Of a stretch of DNA of 64,000 nucleotides, positions 25,001 to 36,307 are shown one piece after another. A program made the position numbers and the translations under genes. The stretch is from Mobula hypostoma (Eukaryota). Position 1 is the first letter of the stretch. The number at the start of each line of letters is the position of its first letter. The notes under the pieces were generated by a model, which did no database searches, was not told the DNA's origin, and saw nothing but the letters and a program-made list of their open reading frames with translations. The stretch is taken from positions 7,502,001-7,566,000 of the forward strand of contig NC_086098.1 of NCBI RefSeq assembly GCF_963921235.1, written 5' to 3'.

Positions 25001-25850
25001 GGAACGCTCTCCTAGTAATCGTCTCTGTCCAGTCCCTCATGCACCCGTCGGGACAAAGCATCCACATCGATGTTCCGGCTCCCCGGCCGGTACTTCAGGC
25101 TGAAATCATAGACAGACAACGCTGCCAACCACCGATGGCCTGTGGCATCCAGTCTCGCCGAGGTCAGGATAAAAGTTAGGGGGTTGTTGTCTGTCCTCAC
25201 CTCAAACGTGGCCCCGTAGAGATAGTCACTCAGCTTCTCCACCACCGCCCATTTCAACGCCAGGAATTCCAACTTGAGAGTGGGATAGTTTCTCTCGGAG
25301 GACGACAGACTCCGGCTGACACATGCCATAGGCCTCAACCCAGTGCCCTGATCCTGATACAGGATGCCCCCTAAACCCTCTCGGCTGGCATCTGTGTGCA
25401 GTACATACGGCAATCGGTGGTCCGCAAAAGCCAACACCGGTGCCTGGGTCAGCAGCTCCTTCAGTGACTGAAAAGTCTCCTCACATTTTACATCCCACCT
25501 CGGTCCAAAGGGCTCCGACGGGTTTAGATATTCTCCACCCTCCTGTCCTTTTCTCCCCCTTCTTTTCTTCCCCGAGGGAGGGTAACCACACAGAAGGGGT
25601 GACTCACTTTGGCGTAGCCCTTCATGAATCTCCGATAGTAACCACAGAACCCGAGGAATGAGCGCAGAGCGCCCAGTCTGGGGCCTTGGCCAAGTGGTCA
25701 CTGCTTCTATCTTAGCCGGGTCTATAGCTACTCCGCCGTGAGATTATGTGTCCAACATAGCTAATAGACATTTTGCAGAACTGGCACCTATCCAGTAAAA
25801 GTGTTAACCCTTCTGCTCTCAGGTGGCCAAGCACCTTCAGTAGCCTCAGT
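22100..25850 (-). pseudogene. Gypsy pol remnant (RT end, RNase H, integrase), canonical order
   Basis: RNase H HTDASREGLG..NYPTLKLEFLAL..VRTDNNPL..DALSR; integrase LHDDSGRLG..CKSC, VDFLSIE..TDHYT..HSDQG..ERFNRTL; frameshifted, 5'-truncated, interrupted by a CR1. Confidence 0.9.
23018..23896 (+). mobile_element. CR1 3' fragment inserted into the Gypsy integrase
   Basis: ORF 23062-23571 W..KWQM..N.EKCEVVHFG..LVRPHLEYCVQFWSP; (TTCTATG)n tail; the Gypsy frame GNL|PPKPYLK rejoins across it. Confidence 0.92.
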
Positions 25851-26321
25851 AGTCCATGTAAAGAAAACCGATCTCTGACTTCCCCCCATCTACTTTCCTC
25901 TAATCACCTTAAAATTAAGTCCCACGTATTAGTTATTTCTGCCCTGGGAAAAAGTCTCTGGCTGTCCACTCGATCTATGCCTTTTATTATTTTGTGCATC
26001 TCTGTCAAGTCATCTCACATCCTCAATCATCTTCTTCTGACAAAGTTAGACAAAAGTGACTAAAAAGACATCAGGGACATTCAGTGGAGAGAAAATCATA
26101 TTACTATTTACCAACTACAGCAGCAGCACTTGAATTCTTTCCACTGAAGGCCAGCATGACAACTCAAATCAGTTCTACAAGAAGTGGTGCTCAATTTCTC
26201 CAAGAGGACCTCACTGTTCATTTGAACTGCACTTCAAAGTTCAACGTTCAAACTTCGAAGTAAAATTTACTATTAGAGCACATACATGTCACCACATACA
26301 ACCCTGATATTCTTTTACTGC

Positions 26322-27238
26322 GTGTGACTCAATGTGGGACTCTTCTTGAGACACAGTGTCGTACAGATTGTCACAGACCTCAAGGAGATCTTGTGACTTT
26401 CTTGTGAGAATGATGTAATGGTCTTTTGGAGGTCACCTGATGTAATTTTCCCACCGATGTGAGGTCACGTGATGACATGTTCACCACAGGTATAAAAGGG
26501 AAGACCTCCAGTGATGCAGTTAGTTTTCCAGCTAGAACGTTTATCAATGTCTCCGTTCTGTTGCGTATTTGTTTTATAACACAGTTTCATTTTTAAAACG
26601 GAGTTTTACATTCTATTGTAAGGTACAATAATGCTGGATTGGCAGTTCACCCTTTCTGCCAGATTTGTTGATGTACCTTTCCAGTAGTATTGGAGAATGA
26701 AGACTTTATCGAAGTACAGGACCTGAAGGATTAAGAGAAGTTGGTATCGTTCGGCAGTTTAACAAAGGATTGACCTTACTGAGTCTTCATTGAAGAAGTA
26801 GCGACCTGCATCGTAGATAACTCCTGCAAAAAGAGAAAGGTAGTTCATGCAGGATTTGCTCGCCAGAAGAAAGGTCAGTTGCTTTTAAGCCGTTTATTTC
26901 CTTCATTGTGAATCCTGTGGACAGAACCAGCAGGAAAGTTGCATCTATGAAGAAATCCTTCTCCAGAGAAGTCTCTCCCAATTGAATGTATAAATCTGTT
27001 GGACTTTCAAATTTACCATTTTAAGAACTGTGTATGACTTTACCGCTTTAAGAACTGTTTTCGCATTTATTGCTTTAAGAACCAGTACCGAGTGACGATT
27101 TGTTGAACGGCCACATAGCGCTTAACTTCCAGTTAAGGTTTTCGTTTGTTTTTTATTGTTTATCCATGTTCAATAAATGTTTGGTTGTTTTTATATAACC
27201 TGACTCGACTGATATTAATTGTTGCCGGTTATGTAACA
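26322..27238 (+). repeat. Probable solo LTR
   Basis: gtataaaaggg TATA (~26490), AATAAA (~27172), ends tgtaaCA; no PBS or internal region follows; 5' end uncertain. Confidence 0.6.
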
Positions 27239-29414
27239 AGATAACCTACCACATGCTCCCACCACTAAGACCCTCGGTTTGTTGAGGTTGACCATGGATG
27301 CTGCATCCTAGCTCTCTACACGATACACAAGCTGGTACAAAAGCCAGGGCAGGACAATATGGAGAGCAAGCTGTTGCCAATGCAGCAGGCTGCCCATCTC
27401 CACACAGCTGATGAATCCAAAGGAATGGCAAAGACTAACACAGTTTGGCACCAATGGCATTGCAGGAGTTGCCAGCCAGTGTTAAACTCAATGTCGGACT
27501 GCCTTAGGGACTCCAACTCCAGATTTTTCCTCAGGGTTTACTCCCAAAGCCTTTCCCATGAGTGGGTGTAGCTGCAAGGAGGCGGAGGTTTGTGATCAGA
27601 GTTTTCTTTCTCCCAGGTGACCTGCAACCATGGCTGATAATCACCATTTTCCCATCACTTACACTGTCAAATGAGGTCCAAATTCAACGATTCCATTCAG
27701 GTCAATGGTTGGGAACAGCTCCAATTCAGGTTCGTTAATTTATCACGTACATTGAAACCTACAGTGAAATGTGTTGTTTGTGTTAAAAACCAACACAACC
27801 TCAGCCTCCAGTACACTCATGGACACACAGACAGTGGACCTTTGACTCACAGACACAGGGCTCTGGTCACCAGGCCTTGATTGCTGGAATTCCGATCAAC
27901 CTTCAGGCTTCGATCTTCGGTAACAACCCTCAGGCTCAACAATGACGATGAATGAGAAACCCAAGCTCTAGGCCTTGAACTCTCTACTTGGTGGTGATGG
28001 GACCTTGAACCCCAGAACCTCCAGTGATCTGGATGGATACCAGCCCTTGCCCTAGCTAGTCTGCTGGCCTGATATCCGATCACAGATGTGCTTCAACCCA
28101 CATCTACGTTGTTGACCCTTGAACATGGAGCTCAGAATGGAGGCCTAGACTAATGGCCTGACCTCAGACTCCTCCATATTCCAGTCCCTAAACCCAAACC
28201 TGACTCCCGACTTCCCTCTCTGTCCCTAAATTCCTCGCTGTGATGCACCTAAGTTTTATATTCTTATTTAATTTGATACTATGCTTTTAATATTTTCCAT
28301 TGTATTACATTTTAATCTTTTAATGTTAAATACTAATATTTGTTTTTAATCCAATTAGTTTTAAAATATTTTGAATGTCATCAATATTTGTGAATAACAA
28401 GCAAGTATAGACAGTCTGTCCTTGTCTGGAGATATGGTTTGCTTGTATAGCAAAATATTTAAAAGACCATAGTTCAACTTTCAAAGTTCAAAGTAAATAT
28501 ATTATCAAAGTATATACATGTTACCATATACAACCCTGTGATTCATTTTCTTGTGGGCATACTCAATAAATCTATAGAATAATCATAAAACTCCGTTCCT
28601 CTCTACTGCCTATGCACACACCTAGTCCTTGAACCCCAAGTCAGGCCTTCTCCTTCAGCCTCCAGCCTGCCTTCTAGTTGTTTTTGCATTACCAGGGATT
28701 ATTCAGTCATCAGAGTGTGTGAAAATTGAAAGTGAACTGCCTCTGCAGTTCCTCCTGACTTCTGGCAGGTGGAATGTGAGGAGTGTTGGTACTCTTCCTG
28801 TGTCAGACTGCGGGCTGCTGTGGGGGTCTCTGGAAAGTGTCAGCCCTCAGCAGGGTATTTACAGTACCTGACAGAAGATATTTGGGGTGGGCTGAGAAGC
28901 TATTAGGCAGACTACAATAAAAAAATTAAGTGGAAAAATCAGCTCCTAAAGACATTATCAGCACATAAATTATCACGTTATCATTCTCTCAACACTCAGG
29001 AAAATCTTGTTTGACATTGACTGGCAGAAACGCTGTTCACCCACACTGATGGCTCTGAGCTCTATTTGAAGATATTCATGGTAGCTTTACTTCCCTGACA
29101 GTATTTTTCTACAATGTGGAAAGCCAAACGATAGGTTAGATTTCCTCAATTTGTTCCAGTTAATTCTACCTAATTAGTTTACTTGCTTTGCCTGCCCCAC
29201 ACTAGTGGAGACAAACGTCCTTCTGTTTGTCAATTTTATTTTAATTTCAAGCTGCGATACCCTTCCACTGAATTAAAGACATTTAGTCACTAGATAATTG
29301 CTTTTGGAATCTGTCTGAAGCTGTTAACTTTGAAGCCATATCATGATTGCAAATCATGTATTTTCCTTTCTGTAAAGTGCCCACTAGGTTCAGGAACAGT
29401 TATTAACCTACAAC

Positions 29415-29715
29415 CATAATAATAGGCATCCGTTAGTCTCGTGAGACCATGAATTTGCGCCTTGGAAGGTTTCCAGGGCGCAGGCCCGGGAAACGTTGTA
29501 TGGAAGACCGGCAGTTGCCCATGCTGCAAGTCTCCCCTCTCCACGCCACCGATGTTGTCCAAGTGAAGGGCAATAGAGCTGATACAGCTTGGCACCAGTG
29601 TCGTCGCAGAGCATTGTGTGGTTAAGTGCCTTGCTCAAGGACACAACACGCTGCCTCAGCTGAGGCTCGAACTCAGGACCTTTAGATCACTAGACTGACA
29701 CCTTAACCACTTGGC
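29415..29715 (-). mobile_element. tRNA-derived SINE with CORE-like domain
   Basis: Minus strand gccaagtggttaagg..gagttcgagcc (A/B boxes) and gtgtccttgagcaaggcacttaac; second copy at 48255-48555. Confidence 0.7.
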
Positions 29716-31464
29716 TCCTGAACCAACATGAAAAACTTCACTCAATGCAACCTATAGATTTATACCACCAGCTTCAGGGACAGTTGTTACCTTTCAACCA
29801 TTGGGCTACTGAACCAATGTGGATAATTTCACTCACCTCATCCTATAGACTCTGGAACTCATCCAAGGACTCTATAACTCATGTTCTCAGTATCATTTAT
29901 CTAATATCCATCCATCTATCCACACATTCTTGTTGCATTTTCATCTCTTATTTTTCCAATTAGGGTGCATGGGGTGGTTGGGTCCTGACTAAGCATCAGG
30001 AAATGCCAAAAGCAATTATATAGCTTCTATCACCCAAGACAACTCCGCCTTTACGTAGGACTTAGGTCCGCGTGCACCCTGACTCGCTGAAGGAGCTCTG
30101 TCTACGGCGAATGTTCGGCGCCAGAAAAATAACCAGACCAATGGTGGTGGTGTCACCTAAAATCACTGAGGTCTCCGGCAGCAGGGAGGTGGACTCCAAG
30201 CTTTGGTGGAGGATTGTCTTTGTACAACAGCAAAGGTTGGGCGATGTCTAGTGTATGATTCCCAACTGGGAACACCAGTAGAGGTTAAATGCTCTAGTTA
30301 GATGAGCACTGCGGCAACAGAAGGCAACGGCAAACCACTGTTGTAATTTCTGCCTAGTCAATCATGGAAAGAAACAAAAGAAGGAAACCAGACAACAGCA
30401 TGAACGGGGTTGATTCTAAACAACAAGAACAACACCTCGCTCGGTAGGGGTAGTCATGGGCTGCAGGTGACACCAGACCGTCATCCGGAGACTGTAAGCT
30501 AGTGGTCACCAACCTTTTTAAGCCCAACCCCCATCTCGACCTTAGTGAAAGGCAAGATCTACCTACTAAATCGTTTAGAGAACAGCTTAGATTGTACTTC
30601 CAATTTGAGGCCTTTTATTTGAGCTAATTGTATTTGAATTACACTAAAATTCGTTTGTCAAACTTTCAATTTAATTCAAACAGGAAAACACTGTAACTAG
30701 CATATCAAACAGGCCATAGCTGTCTTTCTTTAAGAATATTACAATACTTCACACCTTTAATTCTAAGTTTCATTATTTAATTTTATTTCAACACTAAAAA
30801 CAAATGAATAAAACTTGATTGTTTCACTCCGTGTGATGACTGGGAATGAATACTTTCCGCTAGTTCCCTGAAATTTGGCTCATAACTACAGACAGCCAGT
30901 CTGAGACAGTCTGCGAGGAGTCTGTCAGTAAGACAGCTCCTGTACTTAGATTTAATAATTTTCATCTGTGAAAATACAATTTCACATAGATCATAGTCAT
31001 ACTTCATTGATCCCGGGGGAAATTGGTTAGAAGGTAGATAAGTTGACCCGAAGTAGGCACAGACTTTTAGTGCTATAAAACCAACGCGCACACCACACAT
31101 TGCTGGGGCCCCATCAGTAGTAATTGCAACCAATTTATGAATGGGGATGACATTTTCACGGACATATTTTTTAAACTCATTGTAAATATCCTCACCTCAT
31201 TCTCTCCTTTAATTGCAAAAGAGTGAGGAAGTCCTCCTTTGTTGTAAAATCCTGGAAAGCAATTCTAACAAATACAACAAGCTGAGCTGTTTGCATTACA
31301 TTCAGGGATTCATCGAACTGTTGTGAAAAATATTCACAGAGTGACAAGTCGATCTATGAACTCTGTCAGTGACTCTACCCTCCTTGTCACTGTTGCAGGG
31401 CCAAGCAGTATATTATGTATTGCAGTTGTGATGTCGTTTTTGTTTTTAAAGTCATTAAAAACAG

Positions 31465-33037
31465 CCCATAAGACAAAGGAGCAGAAGTCGGCCATTCGGC
31501 ACATCGAGTCTACTCTGCCATTTTATCATGAACTGATCCAATCTCCCATTTAGTCCCACTCCCCCGCCTTCTCACCATAACCTTTGATGCTCTGGCTACT
31601 CAGATACCTATCAATCTCTGCCTTAAATACACCCAATGATTTGACCTTCACTGCCACCTATGGCAACAAATTCCACAGATTCACCACCCTCTGGCTGAAA
31701 AAATTCCTTTGCATCTCTGTTCTGAATGGGCGCCCTTCAATCCTTAAGGCATCACTCACAACACGCTGGAGGAACTCAGCAGGTCGGGCAGCATCCGTGG
31801 AAAAGATCGGTCGACGTTTCGGGCTGGAACCCTTCGTCAGGACTGTAAGTCATGCCCTCTCATACTAGACTCCCCCCACCATGGGAAACAACTTTGCCAC
31901 ATCCACTCTGTCCATGCCTTTCAACATTCGAAATGTTTCTATGAGGTCCCCCTTCATTCTTCTAAACTCCAGGAAGTACAGTCCAAGAGCGGACAAACGT
32001 CCCTCATATGTTAACCCTCTCATTCTCGGAATCATTCTTGTGAATCTTCTCTGTACCCTCTCCAATGTCAGCACATCCTTTCTTAAATAAGGAGACCAAA
32101 ACTGCCCACAGTACTCCAAGTGAGGTCTCACCAGTACCTTATAGAGCCTCAGCATCACATCCCTGCTCCTATACTCTGTTCCTCTAGAAATAAATGCCAA
32201 CATTGCATTCGCCTTCTTCACTACCGACTCAATCTGGAGGTTAACCTTAAGGGTATCCTGTACGAGGACTCCCAAGTCCCGTTGCATCTCAGAACTTTGA
32301 ATTCTCTCCCCATCTAAATAATAGTCTGCCCGTTTATTTCTTCTACCAAAGTGCATAGCCATACACTTTCCAACATTGTATTTCATTTGCCACTTCTCTG
32401 CACATTCTCCCGATCTATCCAAGTCTCTCTGTAGTCTCTCTGTTCCCTCAGTACTACCGGCCCCTCCACCTATCTTTGCATCATCAGCAAACTTAGCCAC
32501 AAAGCCATCTATTCCATAATCCAAATTGTTGATGTACAACGTAAAAAGAAGCGGCCCCAACACGGACCCCTGTGGAACACCACTGATAACCGGCAGCCAA
32601 CCAGAATAGGATCCCTTTATTCCCACTCTCTGTTTCCTGCCAATCAGCCAACGCTCTATCCACGTATGTAACTATCCTGTAATTCCATGGGCTCCTATCT
32701 TGTTTAGCAGCCTCATGTGTGGCACCTTGTCAAAGGCCTTCTGAAAATCTAAATACACAACATCCAACTCCCTTGTCTAGCCTACTTGTAATTTCCTCAA
32801 AAAATTGCAATTTGTTTGTCAGGCAGGATTTTCCTTTAAGGAATCCATGCTGAGTTCTGCCTATCTTGTCATATGCCTCCAGGTACTCCGTAACCTCATC
32901 CTTGACAATCGACTCCAAGAACTTCCCAACCACTGATGTCAAGCTAACAGGTCTATAATTTCCTTTTGGCTTCCTTGCCCCCTTCTTAAATAGTAGAGTG
33001 ACATTTGCAATCTTCCAGTCTTCCGGAACCATGCCAG
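31465..33037 (-). mobile_element. CR1 LINE (RT and 3' end) nested in the hAT
   Basis: NYRPVSLTSVVGK, QHGF, SGVPQGSVLGPLLF, KFADD; cataaga tail. Confidence 0.92.
31749..31845 (-). mobile_element. 97-bp Penelope-type pLTR fragment carrying a minimal hammerhead motif
   Basis: Inserted in the CR1 with a taag duplication; minus strand begins CAGUC-CUGACGA-AGGGUUCCAGCCC-GAAA-CG-UC-GAC. Confidence 0.75.
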
Positions 33038-35656
33038 TCTCCGCGGTAATGGCCGTTGCTTCCTTGAATAAATCGCCATTTGTAAAAGGCTTCTTGTGTT
33101 TAGCCAAAAGGTGACTTACACAAAATGATGCTTCAATAGCAGCCTTATTTTCAGCAGCATGTTTTGTGAAAAATGACTGCTGGCCCTTCAACCCCGATTT
33201 CAGCTCCTCAACTTTCCTGGCACGAATTGCGCTCTTTGGGGGGAGGTGTCTTTATATTTCTGGTGATTGGTTTTGTGGTGCTGCTCCAGATTCCCTCTTT
33301 TAGTCAGTGCTTGTGTTTGGTGGCACAACATACATACACACTTGTCTTTCACCAAGGTAAATAGAAATTCCTCTTCCCACTGTGGATGGAATTTGTACGT
33401 TTTCGCCTTCTTTCATGGAGCATCCGCCATGCCATCAGGATATCACGAGTGAGTGCCGTATATTGATGTTCGTGACAGTCTGTACTCTTATCTAATCTAC
33501 CTATTCACTTTGATGCAGCACAAGCTACACTGAAAATGCGGTGCATGGCGAGGGAGATACACACATGCGCACTGGGAACAAAACCCCGCAACCCGGAAAC
33601 AATTCAGTAGCGAAAGTATTGTTATATTACTATTATTCTAATTAGTATTACTTATTTTTATAATGCTCACATTACAACAGTATTTTTGCATTTATTTTTG
33701 ATTTTTTTCGGGAGCTACTAGGAAGGTCTTAAAGATCAACTGGTCGATCGCGATCGGCGGGTTGGCAACCACTACTGTAAGCAATAGGGAAAGGATAAGG
33801 GTAGCAATATGGAACATCCGTACACTTCACCGGAAAGGAAAGTTGGACAATACATTAAATGAAATGAAAAGGTTGGAAGTTGATATCTTAGGCCTTTCAG
33901 AAATTAGATGGACTGACAGTGGCAAATTCACTAAGAATAGTTCTCTGATAATGTATTCTGGAGGTCAACAGCTTATGTATGGAGTTGGAATTATTTTAAA
34001 CAAACAAGTATCAAAATGTCTTATGGGATAAAGGGCGCTATCCGACTGGCTGCTTTTAGTTAAATTAAGGGGTAACCCTTTTAACATTAACATAATCCAA
34101 CCCTACGCGCCAACAAATGATGCGGATGAAGAGGATATCAACAAGTTTTATGAAGATCTCGACAGTGCTTATGAGCAATGTAAATCTCAGGATATAAAAC
34201 TAGTCATGGGAGATTTTAACTCCAAAGTTGGACAGGAAAGGGTTGATAACATTATAGGACCTTTTGGATTAGGGGAGAAAAATGAAAATGGAGAAAGGTT
34301 TACTGATTGGTGTGTCAGAAACAACCAAGTCATCACCAATACGTGGTATAAAAACCATCCACATAGATTGTGTCCTTGGATTAGCCCTGGAGATAGAACA
34401 AGGAATCAAATAGATTTCATTACCATCAATGAATGCTTTAGAAATAATATCACAAATTCTAAAGCTACCCAGGAGCAGACTGTGGTTCAAATCACCATCC
34501 AGTAATAGCTACCATTAAAACAAAATTAAAGAAACTGAAACGTGGAAGAAAGAGGAAGTAGTATATGTTGGGAGAACTTAAAAATGATAGCATACTTAAG
34601 CAACAATTCAAAACAGCTGTAGAAGAGCACCTCAATGAAAACATAACACCACCTGTTTGGGACAGATTTAAATATGCCATGCAGCAATCAGCAGAGGAGA
34701 TAATCCCAGTACAAGAAATCCAACACACCAACAAGGGGTGGATAACCCAAGAAATTTTAGATCTGATGGAACAAAGAAGGTTAGTGAGGAATAATGAAGT
34801 ACAATACAGACAGCTAGACAGAAGGACCAGACAATTGTGCAATATTGCAAAGGAAGAATGGCTGAATCAAAAATGCAATGAAGTAGGAAGTCATATTAAC
34901 AACAACAAAGAAATGCACAAGAAAATTAAGGAAATTACTGGAATTAAGACACTAAGGTTTTCTTTTCTTCCATTTTTACGTTGTTAAAATTGCCCAAGTC
35001 TTTTTAGTTTAGTTGACTAATTCTGTTTAGATTAGTTTTTTTTGGGGTGGGGTTTGTTTTTTTTTAAATTTTTTTTTCTTTTTCATGATTTTTATCCAGT
35101 TATTTTTTTTTTGTCCTGTATTATTCATTGTTATCCTACATACCATAGAAAACCATAGAAACTACAGCACAGAAACAGGCCTTTTGGCCCTTCTTGGCTG
35201 TGCCGAACCATTTTCTGCCTAGTCCCACTGACCTGCACACGGACCATATCCCTCCATACACCTCCCATCCATGTATCCATGACTGGGAGTTTTGTCAATT
35301 TATACTATTTGGTTTTATAATTACTCATCTTAAATATAACAATGTATTTCCAACAATTTTGTATTATTGCTATGTTATGTTTATATTTTATGAAACTAAT
35401 AAGGGATTGAAAAAGAAAAGAAAACCTCCTCTACAGGATGCATAAAATCAGCAGACGGATCCATACTAACAGATCCAGATAAGGTATGTGAGGGTGGATT
35501 AAGTATATAGAGCAGCTTTTTGAAGATAATAGAGGGGAACCCCCAGATATTAAACACCCTAATTCTGGCCCAGCTATTACCAAAGAAGAAATAACTAAAG
35601 CAATGAAAAGCATGAAACATGGTAAAGCCACTGGACCTGATGAAATTTCAGTGGGA

Positions 35657-36307
35657 ATTAGATTAGATTAGATTATGAAGACATGCAGTCCTCTTTTATT
35701 GTCATTTAGTAATGCATGCATTAAGAAATGATACAATGTTTCTCCAGAATGATATCACGGAAACACAAAACAAACCGACTGAAAAACTGACAAAAACCAC
35801 ATAATTATAACATATAGTTACAACAGTGCAAAGCAATACTGTAATTTGATAAAGAACAGACCATGGGCATGGTAAAAAGTCTCAAAGTCTCTTGAAAGTC
35901 TCATCACCTCACGCAGACGGTGAACCTCCAGCATCACAAACTTGCCGATGCAGCATCCTGGAAGCACCCGACCACAGTCCGACTCCGAGTCCATCTGAAA
36001 ACTCCCAGCCTCCGACCAGCTCTCCGACACCGAGCACCATCTCTGCCGAATGCTTCGACCCCAGCCCCGGCAACAGGCAATAGGCAAAGTCGAGGACTTG
36101 GGGCCTTCCCCTCCAGAGATTCTCGATCGCACAGTAGCAGCGGCAGCGAAGTGGACATTTCAGAAGTTTCTCCAGGTGTTCCTCCGTGCTTCTCATGGCT
36201 GTCTCCATCTAATCAGGATTGTGCACAGCCCCCAGTGAACACATACGATATCACTCGGAACGGCCGCACGCGCTGCATTGCGCCGCCATCTTCTCCTCCC
36301 TCCTCCT
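35657..36307 (-). mobile_element. Non-autonomous retroelement (CpG-rich head, (AATCT)n tail) inserted in the RTE RT
   Basis: The RTE frame DEISV|EVIQAL rejoins across it; minus strand starts ggaggagaagatggcggcgc and ends aataaaagagg..(aatct)n. Confidence 0.6.

Larger units (their letters stand above)
30500..33774 (-). mobile_element. hAT DNA transposon (Charlie/SPIN/GTF2IRD2-like), internally deleted
   Basis: TIRs tagtggtcaccaacc / ggttggcaaccacta; perfect 8-bp TSD ctgtaagc (30492-30499, 33775-33782); transposase remnants ASFCVSHLLAKHKKPFTNGDLFKE, ITTDGAPAMCG, FGSTYL.CE..FSQMKIIKSKYRS.LTD. Confidence 0.92.

Noticed and set aside
28629..28871. 80-aa ORF or exon in unique-looking sequence
   Set aside because: No recognisable domain; the best minus-strand splice-bounded reading has stops in all three frames.
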